The notes under the pieces: model-generated
What the model was told of the DNA's origin: nothing
The model's database searches: none
Seen by the model: only the letters and a program-made list of their open reading frames with translations
Translations under genes and position numbers: made by a program
Shown here: piece by piece, positions 36,609 through 46,042 of the stretch
Position numbering within the stretch: position 1 is the first letter of the stretch
Layout: every line of letters begins with the position of its first letter
Source of the DNA: a virus
Lineage: Duplodnaviria; Caudoviricetes
Virus record (IMG/VR): IMGVR_UViG_3300027608_000010
Strand: one strand, 5' to 3'
Length of the DNA: 64,000 nucleotides

Positions 36609-36614
36609 TAAATA
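36607..36614 (+). promoter_or_regulatory. Late promoter GATAAATA
   Basis: Upstream of AGGA SD and ATG 36636. Confidence 0.6.
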
Positions 36615-36635
36615 CTATTAGGATCTACCCACAAC

Positions 36636-36884
36636 ATGCAAAGAAAAACCCGTAGTCTTTTAGAAGAATTAGAAGCAATTGGAAATAATCGTGATACGTC
36701 ACATATTATTGAAAGCCGTGCCCATAATATCATCACTAGCGCAATTAATCTATTGGAAATGATTAACAAGCACTATGACAGTGAAAAGGCTCAGATACTA
36801 GAGAGAAAATTGCTTAGTGCTATTAAAGCACGTGATCAGGATAGATTCTCAAAAAGTTTGAGGAAAAAAGATGAGATTCTCTGA
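36636..36884 (+). CDS. Small helical late protein
   Basis: 82 aa. Confidence 0.65.
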   Translation: MQRKTRSLLEELEAIGNNRDTSHIIESRAHNIITSAINLLEMINKHYDSEKAQILERKLLSAIKARDQDRFSKSLRKKDEIL

Positions 36885-37575
36885 GTTTGATTTTTTAATT
36901 GAGGGGGGCGGATCCCGCCGACAAAGACAACGGGCTAAACGTCAGCAACAGCAGGCTCCACAACAGCAGGCTCCACAACAGCAGGCTCCACAACAGCAGG
37001 CTCCACAACAGCAGGCTGCCCCTGCATCACCGGCGTATGCTCAACAACAACAGGCTGCACAAGCGCAACAACAAGCAATGCAATACAGTCTTCATGGAGG
37101 TTCTAAACCAGATGAAACTGACATTCAGCATATTAATTCTTGGGCTGATGCAATTCAATCTGGAGCGCATTCACCCGGTGATGTTCCTGATGTATACCTA
37201 CAGTATGTTAATAAAGCTATCCAGGGCAGAAGCCTGTCAGCCCCTGCAAGACGAACAGGCCCTATTAATAATAGAGTGGATAAGAGAGCAGATCAAATTT
37301 TTATCAATAACTTTTCAACCAAATTACGTAACGCAAAAACAGATCCTCAGTTTGATTATAATAAGTTTACTCAGGACTATCTAACAAGAAATAACTATAA
37401 TACCGGGGTATATAAACTTGCATTAGACCAAGCATTAGACCAAGCTGTTACTGGAAAGAATGACCAGGCTGATTTAGCACTTGGTCCAGTAATGTTAAAA
37501 ATAGCGCAAGCAAATACTAATAAGGCTAAAGTAGAAATGCCGAGTATTAAGGGAATGATGGGTATCCCAAATTAA
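36871..37575 (+). CDS. Gln-rich putative internal head protein
   Basis: MRFSEFDFLIE CTS-like start, Arg-rich patch, QQQAP repeats. Confidence 0.65.
   Translation: MRFSEFDFLIEGGGSRRQRQRAKRQQQQAPQQQAPQQQAPQQQAPQQQAAPASPAYAQQQQAAQAQQQAMQYSLHGGSKPDETDIQHINSWADAIQSGAHSPGDVPDVYLQYVNKAIQGRSLSAPARRTGPINNRVDKRADQIFINNFSTKLRNAKTDPQFDYNKFTQDYLTRNNYNTGVYKLALDQALDQAVTGKNDQADLALGPVMLKIAQANTNKAKVEMPSIKGMMGIPN
36946..37017 (+). repeat. 15-nt tandem repeat CAACAGCAGGCTCCA (4 perfect copies plus a partial)
   Basis: Read directly; encodes QQQAP. Confidence 0.92.
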
Positions 37576-37583
37576 ATTAATAT

Positions 37584-37609
37584 AGCCCGCTTTTATTGCG
37601 GGCTTTTTT
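37584..37609 (+). terminator. Intrinsic terminator
   Basis: AGCCCGC/GCGGGCT stem plus T-run. Confidence 0.75.
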
Positions 37610-37614
37610 ACCTC

Positions 37615-37622
37615 TATAAATA
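37615..37622 (+). promoter_or_regulatory. Exact T4 late consensus TATAAATA, leaderless arrangement
   Basis: TATAAATA-GTGT-ATG 37627. Confidence 0.65.
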
Positions 37623-37626
37623 GTGT

Positions 37627-38085
37627 ATGTCATTAAAAATTAAATGCTACACCCTGTTTGATATAACTAAAACAGGAATTACAAACAGAAGAAACACTCC
37701 CGCTCCTGTTGCGGAAAAGATAACATTGTGGGAACAACAAAGAAATACACAATGTAATCTTGATACTATTATTCAAATAATCTCCTTAAGAGGGTTACCA
37801 GAAGAAATTACAACACCTGAAAAAGAAGAAGTTACACTAAGTGACACAGAAAGATTTGGATTTTTATTAGAATCAGAAGAACCTTGTACAATGTGGTCAT
37901 TTAGCTTTACTATTGTTGGGGAAGATATGTTTAATGATGGTATAGCTAATTTAGGATATCTATTCTCTGATTGTGAAGGTGTACCCATGATTCAAGTTGG
38001 TAATGAATTTAATAAATTACCAACATTTTTAGATGTTACTCCTGAATTAAGAAATATATACTTTGAGGTGATTGATGGTCAGTAA
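37627..38085 (+). CDS. Hypothetical late protein
   Basis: 152 aa. Confidence 0.7.
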   Translation: MSLKIKCYTLFDITKTGITNRRNTPAPVAEKITLWEQQRNTQCNLDTIIQIISLRGLPEEITTPEKEEVTLSDTERFGFLLESEEPCTMWSFSFTIVGEDMFNDGIANLGYLFSDCEGVPMIQVGNEFNKLPTFLDVTPELRNIYFEVIDGQ

Positions 38086-38560
38086 AAACGACAAATTATT
38101 TTCTATTCTGACTAGGATGTTCAGTAAAGAAAAGCTATCAAAATTAGAACGTGAAATCATTTATCAGGATCCTGACGGAACATATAGACTGTACGGTGAT
38201 TATTCTATCAAAAAAAATGATGACGGATATCTAATGACTAAAGATGCAACATACACTAGTCATACTTTTACTGAGTTAAAGAATGCAGTAACTTGGATCA
38301 CGTTTGATAAATCTAATTATATTATGGATGCTGCCCGAGTTCTTTACTTAGACAGTATTCTTTCAGGAACACTGGAAAATCTAAAACTACATCAAAAATT
38401 AGCTAAGTCTGGGAAGAACCTAGAAGCTAGGACTATCATTTTGACTAAGTTGAACGAAGATATGCTCAAAAAGCAGAAACTTCTATCAGAATTAGAGAAT
38501 TTTATAGACAAGGCCAATGCTTGGCAACATAAACAATTTGCGCTAAACTCCGCAAAATAA
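38072..38560 (+). CDS. Hypothetical late protein (coiled-coil C-half)
   Basis: 162 aa, overlaps the upstream gene. Confidence 0.7.
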   Translation: MMVSKNDKLFSILTRMFSKEKLSKLEREIIYQDPDGTYRLYGDYSIKKNDDGYLMTKDATYTSHTFTELKNAVTWITFDKSNYIMDAARVLYLDSILSGTLENLKLHQKLAKSGKNLEARTIILTKLNEDMLKKQKLLSELENFIDKANAWQHKQFALNSAK

Positions 38561-38570
38561 TTAAACCAAT

Positions 38571-38578
38571 GATAAATA
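38571..38578 (+). promoter_or_regulatory. Late promoter GATAAATA
   Basis: Upstream of AGGA SD and ATG 38604. Confidence 0.6.
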
Positions 38579-38603
38579 TATTATCAGTACTCTAGGAAAA
38601 ACT

Positions 38604-39326
38604 ATGAAACTAACCGAATTTAACGCTAAACCAACAACAGTAGCTAAACAAGCTCTAAAAGAACACTTCAACACATCCTTTAATGTTGAGAAGCTAGGTC
38701 TATATGAGACTAAAAATATGCTTAAAAAAGTCAAAGGATTGATGAGTGAAGCAAAAAACAAGTCAATGAGTGGAGAACAAAATCCTGCTTACTTGAAACT
38801 TGTGTTCATGGAACAAGCACTAAATCATCATTACGGTGATTTAAGAACTATGCCAATGTACAATCCACGTATTGTTGTTGAGAATGAAGAAGTTGAGAAA
38901 TCTCAAGTTGTTCTAGCCGCACAAGAAATGGTTGATTCAATGCAAAAGATGATTGAACAAGTTAGTGATATGCTAGTAAAAGAATTACCAGCAGTTGTTG
39001 ACGGTGTTAACAGTGAGTTTGGAACAAGTGAAGGTGAACAATTTAGTAGCCAAGTAACAGAGGCATTGACTTCACTACAAGCCGCACTAACACAATCTAA
39101 GACAGGTCTTACAGGCGCATTAGGTGTTGTGACTGGTCAAGGCGGCGGCTTTGGTATGGATGCAGGAGGCATGGATAATGGTATGGGAGCCGATCCAATG
39201 GCAGGTGGCGAGATGGGACCTGATCTAGGTGGTGAAGAAATGGGTGCTGACGCAATGGCAGAACCTGAGATGCCAGCAGAAGAACCAGAAGAGCCTATGC
39301 CAGCAGTAGGCAGAACTAAGCGTTAA
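38604..39326 (+). CDS. Putative prohead scaffold/core-like protein
   Basis: MKLTEF start, helical core, acidic Met/Gly/Pro low-complexity tail. Confidence 0.55.
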   Translation: MKLTEFNAKPTTVAKQALKEHFNTSFNVEKLGLYETKNMLKKVKGLMSEAKNKSMSGEQNPAYLKLVFMEQALNHHYGDLRTMPMYNPRIVVENEEVEKSQVVLAAQEMVDSMQKMIEQVSDMLVKELPAVVDGVNSEFGTSEGEQFSSQVTEALTSLQAALTQSKTGLTGALGVVTGQGGGFGMDAGGMDNGMGADPMAGGEMGPDLGGEEMGADAMAEPEMPAEEPEEPMPAVGRTKR

Positions 39327-39327
39327 T

Positions 39328-39642
39328 ATGCGCTTATACGAATTCAGTGATAATGACCCATTGCGTATTAAGTTGACAGCAGTAGCTAATCAACTTTCTA
39401 CGCAAAATGAACCTATGACCACTGATGAATTCTTGACTGTCTTAAACAAGAATGGCATAACTGTAGACAAAGCAGATTTGTTTAATATGATTAAACAAGA
39501 TCCACTGAAAAATATCATCAGAGATATCGAAAAAGATCAAGTTATCTTCAAGGGCCAAGACCGTGACACAGAGGGTGCTGAACAAGGCCCGGATGAGAAT
39601 GAAAAGATTCGCCAGCAAATGGCTAGTAAACAAATCAATTAA
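39328..39642 (+). CDS. Small late protein with CTS-like start
   Basis: MRLYEFSD...; 104 aa. Confidence 0.6.
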   Translation: MRLYEFSDNDPLRIKLTAVANQLSTQNEPMTTDEFLTVLNKNGITVDKADLFNMIKQDPLKNIIRDIEKDQVIFKGQDRDTEGAEQGPDENEKIRQQMASKQIN

Positions 39643-39652
39643 CCGAATATAG

Positions 39653-39681
39653 TTGACAATTAATCTAAGATAGTGTATAAT
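39653..39681 (+). promoter_or_regulatory. sigma70-type early promoter
   Basis: TTGACA-17 nt-TATAAT with TG extension. Confidence 0.85.
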
Positions 39682-39689
39682 CTTAGTAA

Positions 39690-40376
39690 ATGTACAATCC
39701 CAACAAATTCAAATACGAACCACTCAAACGCATTGACACACCAGAAGGTCGTAGATATGCAACTCCCGATGGTAATAAACTTCCCTCAGTCACTACAATA
39801 CTAGATGCTACTAAATCAGAAGAATCCAAAAAAGCATTGATGGAGTGGCGCAAACGAGTCGGTCCCCAAAAAGCACAAGAGATAACAACTGAAGCCGCAG
39901 GTCGTGGTACACGAATGCACAAGTGGCTTGAAGATTATATTAAGACAGGTGAAATAGGCACACCGGGAAGCAATCCATATAGTATTCAAAGTCATCAAAT
40001 GGCTCAGAGCATCATTGCTCAAGGACTTAGTAAGTGTAATGAATACTGGGGTACAGAAGTTCCAGTATATTTCCCGTCAGTTTATGCTGGTACAACTGAC
40101 TTGTGTGGTGTACATGATAATGCAGAAGCTATCATGGATCACAAGCAGACAAACAAGCCCAAGAAACGTGAGTGGATTGATGACTATTTTGTACAGCTGG
40201 CAGCCTATGCTAACGCACACAATGAAGTGCATGGAACAAAGATACGTAAGGGTGTTATTTTTATGTGTTCAGCTGCCAATGAATACCAAGAATTCATCGT
40301 TGAGGGTACTGAATTTGACAAATATACTGATATGTGGTTCAAAAAGTGTGAACAATTCTATATGAAGTTCTTGTAA
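39690..40376 (+). CDS. PD-(D/E)XK exonuclease (lambda-exo/Cas4-like)
   Basis: LPSVTTIL, RGTRMHKWLE, YAGTTDL, IMDHKQT, YFVQLAAYA. Confidence 0.85.
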   Translation: MYNPNKFKYEPLKRIDTPEGRRYATPDGNKLPSVTTILDATKSEESKKALMEWRKRVGPQKAQEITTEAAGRGTRMHKWLEDYIKTGEIGTPGSNPYSIQSHQMAQSIIAQGLSKCNEYWGTEVPVYFPSVYAGTTDLCGVHDNAEAIMDHKQTNKPKKREWIDDYFVQLAAYANAHNEVHGTKIRKGVIFMCSAANEYQEFIVEGTEFDKYTDMWFKKCEQFYMKFL

Positions 40377-40381
40377 ATCGT

Positions 40382-40389
40382 GATAAATA
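40382..40389 (+). promoter_or_regulatory. Late promoter GATAAATA
   Basis: Intergenic, upstream of ATG 40414. Confidence 0.55.
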
Positions 40390-40413
40390 GTTTAATCAAC
40401 TGAAGATTAAACT

Positions 40414-41394
40414 ATGGCCATTGTACAAATAAGTAAAATAATTCACAGAGTAGGTGCAAATATAGATTTGCCCCAATTAGACACGGGGGAAATAGGATTT
40501 GCATCAGATACTCAACGAGTATATATAGGAAACGATCCTATATTAGTACCTGTTCCGGATGGTGGAACAACTACACAAACTGAAATATTAACTGAAGTCT
40601 CAACATTACAATTTGCTAAAGTAGAAGGTTCTAGTAATACTTATCTTAGCACAGCTAATATTGTTACTGGTCAACTATTAGTAGCAAACGGCAATGCATC
40701 AACCGGTACGTCTTGGACTAACTGGGACGGAACAAAATTAGGCCCTAATAAAAATATTAAACTAAGTTTAGGAGCCCCTGCAAATATTTCAATTTCAGGC
40801 GGAATGAGTGGCGGCTTATTATCTACTGATGGAACCGGTAATTTAAGTTGGACATCCTCTGTTGGAGGAGGAGCAAGTTTACCTCAAGACGCAGAAGGTT
40901 GGTTGTATAATACTGGGTCTGATTTGTCTTGGGGTAAACCTAGCAACATTATTAGTGGAAACAGTAATGTATCTATTACCGCTAACAGCAATGTAACAAT
41001 AAGTGTGGGTGGAACTGCAAATATTGCAACCTTTTCAACAGCAAATATTACTCTTAGTGCTAATACAGATATTAAATTAAGCGGTACTGGCTCAGAAGTT
41101 TCGGGTGCCAATCTTATTAGTGGTAACTACTTAGTAGGTACATTAACAACAGCCGCACAACCTAATATCACAAGTGTTGGTACATTGGCTAATTTAACAG
41201 TTACAGGTAATGCAACTGTTGGTACACTGATAGTAACAGTAGCAACTGCACCAGCAAATAGCTTTGGTGCTGTCGGCGATAAAAAAGGTACTATAGCGTT
41301 TGACAATAATTACATGTATTACTGTAGACAAGACTATGTTGACAATTTAACAGACATTTGGTCTAGAGTTTCAATGAGTCAGACTCCTTTCTAA
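40414..41394 (+). CDS. Tail-fibre-like virion protein
   Basis: QISKIIHRVG...LPQLDTGEIGFASDTQRVYIGN tropism-determinant-type N-terminus; LSTDGTGNLSW and LTTAAQPNITSVG fibre repeats. Confidence 0.7.
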   Translation: MAIVQISKIIHRVGANIDLPQLDTGEIGFASDTQRVYIGNDPILVPVPDGGTTTQTEILTEVSTLQFAKVEGSSNTYLSTANIVTGQLLVANGNASTGTSWTNWDGTKLGPNKNIKLSLGAPANISISGGMSGGLLSTDGTGNLSWTSSVGGGASLPQDAEGWLYNTGSDLSWGKPSNIISGNSNVSITANSNVTISVGGTANIATFSTANITLSANTDIKLSGTGSEVSGANLISGNYLVGTLTTAAQPNITSVGTLANLTVTGNATVGTLIVTVATAPANSFGAVGDKKGTIAFDNNYMYYCRQDYVDNLTDIWSRVSMSQTPF

Positions 41395-41406
41395 TCACCC
41401 AAAAAA

Positions 41407-41414
41407 GATAAATA
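41407..41414 (+). promoter_or_regulatory. Late promoter GATAAATA
   Basis: About 80 nt upstream of ATG 41496. Confidence 0.6.
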
Positions 41415-41418
41415 TAAT

Positions 41419-41471
41419 GTTCGCTCTTGAATGAGAGTTTACGCAGTAAGCCACTGCGTAGGCCTAGAACG
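41419..41471 (+). ncRNA. Candidate structured 5' leader (three-way junction)
   Basis: CTCTT/GAGAG and TACGCAGT/ACTGCGTA hairpins enclosed by GTTC/GAAC. Confidence 0.35.
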
Positions 41472-41495
41472 CCCATAACTTAAAGGAAAAATAAA

Positions 41496-42455
41496 ATGGC
41501 ATCAAATCTAAACAAAAAATATTTTGGTAATCGCAACATCGGTACAACAGGTACTACTGATGATAAAATTGGTGGTGAAGGCATCGCTAGTATCAATTGG
41601 TCTAACTTAGGTCTATTCCGTGGCAATGATGCTACAAATAGCCCATTAATAGGGTTAGCACTTCCAGCTCCAACGTTGCCCGGCGGTGTACAAGCAACTT
41701 GGGCAGTTACTTTTGAAGTTGCAAGTGTGTCAACAGGCGCAGGCAAAGCAGGATTATCAGTCGGTGATACATACACTTATGCAGCCGGTGGTAGTCCAAC
41801 TATTACCGTTGCTAGTATAAGCGGAACAAATGCTACATTTACAACAACTGCAGGTAGTGGTGTTGCATATGGTAGTTTACCAACTGACACAACTGGTGTC
41901 AATATTACTAAGACAGGCACCCATTCAGGACCTGCTACATTCTTAACTGATATTAACTTTAGTGTTAAAAGTGCTGTTATCAATGAAAAAGGATCTGGTT
42001 ATACTGGCGCAGAAACATTTACAGTTACTACTTACTCAGCTACTACTGGTGCAGCTCCAGTAGGTACTATTGTGTTAACAACTGATTCAGGTGCACCTGG
42101 TTCAAGTACCAATCAAGAAAACGCACTTACACCGTTTGCATACGTAACAGGTGGTACTCGTAAAGTTGCTGATATTATTCGTCAAGTTGGTGCACGCCGC
42201 TACAAGGTTAAAACAGCAGACGGTACTATGACTTGTTCATTAAAAACATCAGCCGCGTCAAATGCTGCCGGTGAAATGGACTTAACAGCTACTGATTCTT
42301 CTGGTAAAACTTATTATGTTAAGAAACTTACTGGACACAAAGCAACATTGGTACGTTATGGTTCTGCAGGACATGAATTTGCTACTGACACCGCAGTACA
42401 GTGGACACTAGCCGCACCAACATTGAACACAACAGTTCAAATTGCTAACGCTTAA
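41496..42455 (+). CDS. Virion structural protein (T/G/A-rich)
   Basis: 319 aa, strong AAAGGA SD, own late promoter and terminator. Confidence 0.65.
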   Translation: MASNLNKKYFGNRNIGTTGTTDDKIGGEGIASINWSNLGLFRGNDATNSPLIGLALPAPTLPGGVQATWAVTFEVASVSTGAGKAGLSVGDTYTYAAGGSPTITVASISGTNATFTTTAGSGVAYGSLPTDTTGVNITKTGTHSGPATFLTDINFSVKSAVINEKGSGYTGAETFTVTTYSATTGAAPVGTIVLTTDSGAPGSSTNQENALTPFAYVTGGTRKVADIIRQVGARRYKVKTADGTMTCSLKTSAASNAAGEMDLTATDSSGKTYYVKKLTGHKATLVRYGSAGHEFATDTAVQWTLAAPTLNTTVQIANA

Positions 42456-42472
42456 TCTTTTTAAGCATCAAC

Positions 42473-42500
42473 AAAAAAGCCGCACTATGCGGCTTTTTTT
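42473..42500. terminator. Bidirectional intrinsic terminator
   Basis: AAAAAAGCCGCA-CTA-TGCGGCTTTTTT between convergent genes. Confidence 0.8.
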
Positions 42501-42904
42501 ATTAGTTTCTTTAATTTGTCTTGTACTACATCAAAGTTGACTGTGTTAAACAGTCCCGGATGTAATGGTTTGGGATAATGTTCACTGTCAGTCCAAGCAT
42601 ATCCACAATGTTCTTCATTCAATACTGGAATAAACTCTTTGTCTACTTTGCAAAAGAATGTATGATATGTAAATGTATTGTTTATGAATTTTTGTATTGG
42701 TACGAGTTTAGCATTGTCAGGAAAGAAACCTACTTCTTCTAAGCATTCTCTTTCAACACCTTTCAATAGTGTTTCTTTGCCTTCAATTTTTCCACCGGGT
42801 ATACCCCAATTACCTGGATTTTTATTATCGTTTCTAAGTAGATAAAGAAATCTTTTTGTATCACTTGCGTAAAAAAAGATCCCTGCTGAGGTATTGTCTT
42901 TCAT
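42485..42904 (-). CDS. Nudix hydrolase
   Basis: Nudix box GGKIEGKETLLKGVERECLEEVG; start moved to ATG 42904. Confidence 0.88.
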   Translation of the reverse strand: MKDNTSAGIFFYASDTKRFLYLLRNDNKNPGNWGIPGGKIEGKETLLKGVERECLEEVGFFPDNAKLVPIQKFINNTFTYHTFFCKVDKEFIPVLNEEHCGYAWTDSEHYPKPLHPGLFNTVNFDVVQDKLKKLIKKAA

Positions 42905-42909
42905 ACTAT

Positions 42910-42917
42910 GATTTATC
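42910..42917 (-). promoter_or_regulatory. Late promoter variant GATAAATC, leaderless arrangement
   Basis: Minus strand GATAAATC-ATAGT-ATG. Confidence 0.45.
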
Positions 42918-42923
42918 ATAGCA

Positions 42924-44297
42924 TTAGATGACGATAGAAAAATCCCCCGCCTCATACCAACCCTCAAATGCTTTCACCCAAACACCATCAGTGAATCTAT
43001 ATTGTACACTGCTAGTTAGATTCTTAACATATTCAGTTGTAGTTGAATTTTTACTATCAAAATCAACTTGCCATTGTTGTGCGCTACTGTTATATTGAAT
43101 AATATCATTTGCATTAGCAACTACATTACCCCAAATAGATGGTGAAACATTGTCTACATCACCTATATTTTCAATTAGTAAATATCGTTGACCATTAACC
43201 ACTGCGGGTAACCCATGTGATGGACCTTTTGATTGAGGATTGATAATGCTATTAACCGGAGTCAACGTATTTTCGGGTAGTGTATCAGTATCAATATTAT
43301 ATAATAAAATTCTATCATCTGTTGGATTCAAGTTAATGGTGCCTACAATATCAGTAGTCATGTGTTGATTTTGTAACCAAATCTGTGAGATGCCCGGCTT
43401 GATTGCACCGTACACGCTTAACAATGATGACCAATGTAACTCAGTATCAGGAGCTTCTGGTATATCCAACATTTCATTATTAGGTCTTAGTGGTTGATTA
43501 GCAGGCAATAGTTGGAGTGTATCACCGATTAATAATATCTTATATCCATAAGGTGTAATCTTTTGTCTTGTACCTAATAATAAGTCACTATCTTGCATGT
43601 CAGTGAGAGCATTTCCTTGATAGATACTTGCAATAACTTTTTGAATGACACCTAATTTTTTAATCTTAGCAGGACCACTTATCCAGATTGGCATATGAAA
43701 TTTCCAACTCATAATGTCAATCGGGTTACCTGAACCTTGAGGAATTGTTCTACTGCTAAATGTTAAACCGTCTTGGTATACAACTGATAAAGAAGTCCAA
43801 TCAATAAAGTTGTCCGTACTTTGGATTTCTAATGCAGGATTAAACAATACACCTAATTGTTCAATCAATTCTAGTTTTTGATTATAGTTGGTAGTCCAAA
43901 AATCTACGTTCACACTTAGCTTATATGGTACAGGCATCATTCTTTCAACAGTAAAGGCTTGACCCTGTGTAGTTTCATATGATCCTGAATCCTGATTAAA
44001 TGTTCGTTGTCTCATCGATACTTTATCAACAAACGTAGGATCTTGCGTTCTACCCTGATCGTAATCTAGTGCTACAACATTATATGTTATTAATGGTGCA
44101 CTAGGTAAACTACTAGGACTGTTGTTTGCAATTTGTGTTTGCGCCATTCTACTAGCGTCACCGTATTGAATTGGGACACGAACAAGAATATCATTTCCTG
44201 CAGGATCTGTTCCTTTAGTAACTTGCCAATCACTAAAGATTCTTGCAAATTGTATTAAGAATCTGCGGATTTGATTATCAAAGAAAAACTGTGCCAT
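42924..44297 (-). CDS. Tail sheath stabiliser/tail terminator (T4 gp15-like), extended
   Basis: FFFDNQIRRFLIQFARIFS...RVPIQYG, PVPYKL, QKLELIEQL..LFNP. Confidence 0.8.
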   Translation of the reverse strand: MAQFFFDNQIRRFLIQFARIFSDWQVTKGTDPAGNDILVRVPIQYGDASRMAQTQIANNSPSSLPSAPLITYNVVALDYDQGRTQDPTFVDKVSMRQRTFNQDSGSYETTQGQAFTVERMMPVPYKLSVNVDFWTTNYNQKLELIEQLGVLFNPALEIQSTDNFIDWTSLSVVYQDGLTFSSRTIPQGSGNPIDIMSWKFHMPIWISGPAKIKKLGVIQKVIASIYQGNALTDMQDSDLLLGTRQKITPYGYKILLIGDTLQLLPANQPLRPNNEMLDIPEAPDTELHWSSLLSVYGAIKPGISQIWLQNQHMTTDIVGTINLNPTDDRILLYNIDTDTLPENTLTPVNSIINPQSKGPSHGLPAVVNGQRYLLIENIGDVDNVSPSIWGNVVANANDIIQYNSSAQQWQVDFDSKNSTTTEYVKNLTSSVQYRFTDGVWVKAFEGWYEAGDFSIVI

Positions 44298-44305
44298 CTA
44301 TTACC

Positions 44306-45994
44306 TTAATCTGGTTGTATTTTTAGTATCTGTGAAAGTGCTTGACGTTCCGGCATTTCAGTACCATCACTCAGTGTAGTTGTGTTTGTATTGTTAATGA
44401 ACCCGGACAACTGAGATTGATTATTAGCATCACTAAATCCAACACCTGTTCTAACATTCTCACTAATCTTAACCCATAGATTACCATCCCAACGGAATAA
44501 TAACTGTGGTAAATAATCTGTTCTTAAAAAATAATCACCAGCCTTTGGTAGTGATGGAAACGTAATACCTGCACCAGTAGTAACACCATTAGGGGCATTG
44601 CCGTTGCCAACCATATAACCATCTGTATAACCAAAACTTCTTGGTGAACTTCTTGCAACAAAATGGAATCTTGGATCACTATCAGCACGATAATCCATGA
44701 TATCAGGAATGATAGTACCAGTAAAACCATCCATTAATGGATCTTGATCAGCATTACTATATGTATTATCAGTAGTACCATAAGGGCCGTCAATTGCTCC
44801 CAATGCCTTTACTGATAATATTAAATCACCTTTAACTTTACCAGAACCTGTGTCAGTTTTCTGTGGTTTAGTTCTAGCTACTTTTAAATTCAGTTTGACA
44901 AACTCTGCTAATTTAGTATCATCTGAATCAGCAGTCATATCCCAAATACTTTTTAATGCACCTGCACCAATCCTAACCACAAAATAATTTTGACCACGTG
45001 CTACAATTTCTTCAATAGTGCCTTCTGGTCTTACGGGTGACCCCTTCAAATTAACAATACTTGCAGTACTTACTGGTTCATCGTTTGAATTAGTCGCAAC
45101 TACATATAAATTAGTATTATCATATCCTGATTTAGGTAATAATCTTCTAGCTTCAGCTAAAGCCGCATCATTGATTGCTATGTTTGTGTTGTATCTACTT
45201 AAAATATCTTTTAGATTGTCAGCAGTATCCAATGTCCAAAATGGCGAGTTAATTATATAAGTTTTTGTTACATCATCATATATTGTACACGGAGTACCTA
45301 TAGGAACAGTAGATGCGGCAACATAATTTTTATCACCGTATGTAACTACATAACCCGGTACGTATGTTTTGGTTCTGTCCCATACACCAAGGTAGTTGTC
45401 TTTGTTTAGTGGCTGCTCTAGTATACTTGAAAACTCTTGACTATCAACAAGTGGCTCACATTTAATTCGCCATAGATGTGCATACCATGTACTACTGAAT
45501 CCTTCACTTGCAAAGTTTCCATCTGTTACTTGATAGTATCTACGTAAACTTGTAGGTATCAATTCGTTTAATGGATGGTAGTCAGTCAAATGAGGTAATT
45601 CTAATACATCACCTACCATCAATTTACGACCAATTAAATCAATCATTTCATTATAATGTATTGTAATGAATATAGTATCATTGTTTAAGAACAATCCAAA
45701 TTGACTTAGGTCAAAGTCTAGGTTCTGTACATTATAATGACCTCTGATTCTATAGATATCGGGCGCATAATTGCGGTCACGATTCTCTAAGAATAACAAG
45801 TCTTGGATTTGAGTAGGATCTAATATACTACGCTGTGGCTGAGTTAAATCTGCACTAGGACCTTGATCCTTGATACCTATATATTTGTGAACGTACAAAT
45901 CCGTTCCACCTACAGTGAATTGCTCTTTGATAATTCTATCAAAGAATCGATAATCGTTGGATTTTTTCTCGCGGTATAAGGATAATCTTGGCAT
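44306..45994 (-). CDS. Neck/head-closure protein (T4 gp14-like), extended
   Basis: KEQFTVGGTDLYVHKY, LSQFGL...DTIFITIH, GDVLELP; long C-terminal extension. Confidence 0.75.
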   Translation of the reverse strand: MPRLSLYREKKSNDYRFFDRIIKEQFTVGGTDLYVHKYIGIKDQGPSADLTQPQRSILDPTQIQDLLFLENRDRNYAPDIYRIRGHYNVQNLDFDLSQFGLFLNNDTIFITIHYNEMIDLIGRKLMVGDVLELPHLTDYHPLNELIPTSLRRYYQVTDGNFASEGFSSTWYAHLWRIKCEPLVDSQEFSSILEQPLNKDNYLGVWDRTKTYVPGYVVTYGDKNYVAASTVPIGTPCTIYDDVTKTYIINSPFWTLDTADNLKDILSRYNTNIAINDAALAEARRLLPKSGYDNTNLYVVATNSNDEPVSTASIVNLKGSPVRPEGTIEEIVARGQNYFVVRIGAGALKSIWDMTADSDDTKLAEFVKLNLKVARTKPQKTDTGSGKVKGDLILSVKALGAIDGPYGTTDNTYSNADQDPLMDGFTGTIIPDIMDYRADSDPRFHFVARSSPRSFGYTDGYMVGNGNAPNGVTTGAGITFPSLPKAGDYFLRTDYLPQLLFRWDGNLWVKISENVRTGVGFSDANNQSQLSGFINNTNTTTLSDGTEMPERQALSQILKIQPD

Positions 45995-45998
45995 AGTG

Positions 45999-46006
45999 TA
46001 TTTATC
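45999..46006 (-). promoter_or_regulatory. Late promoter GATAAATA, leaderless arrangement
   Basis: Minus strand GATAAATA-CACT-ATG, the same 15-mer as 16008-16022. Confidence 0.65.
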
Positions 46007-46042
46007 GCAATCCTAAAGCAAAAGTATTACCTCACAAAAGAC

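Noticed and set aside
40414-41394. Diversity-generating retroelement target (tropism-determinant-like N-terminus)
   Set aside because: No reverse transcriptase and no template/variable repeat pair with adenine-specific mismatches seen in the window.
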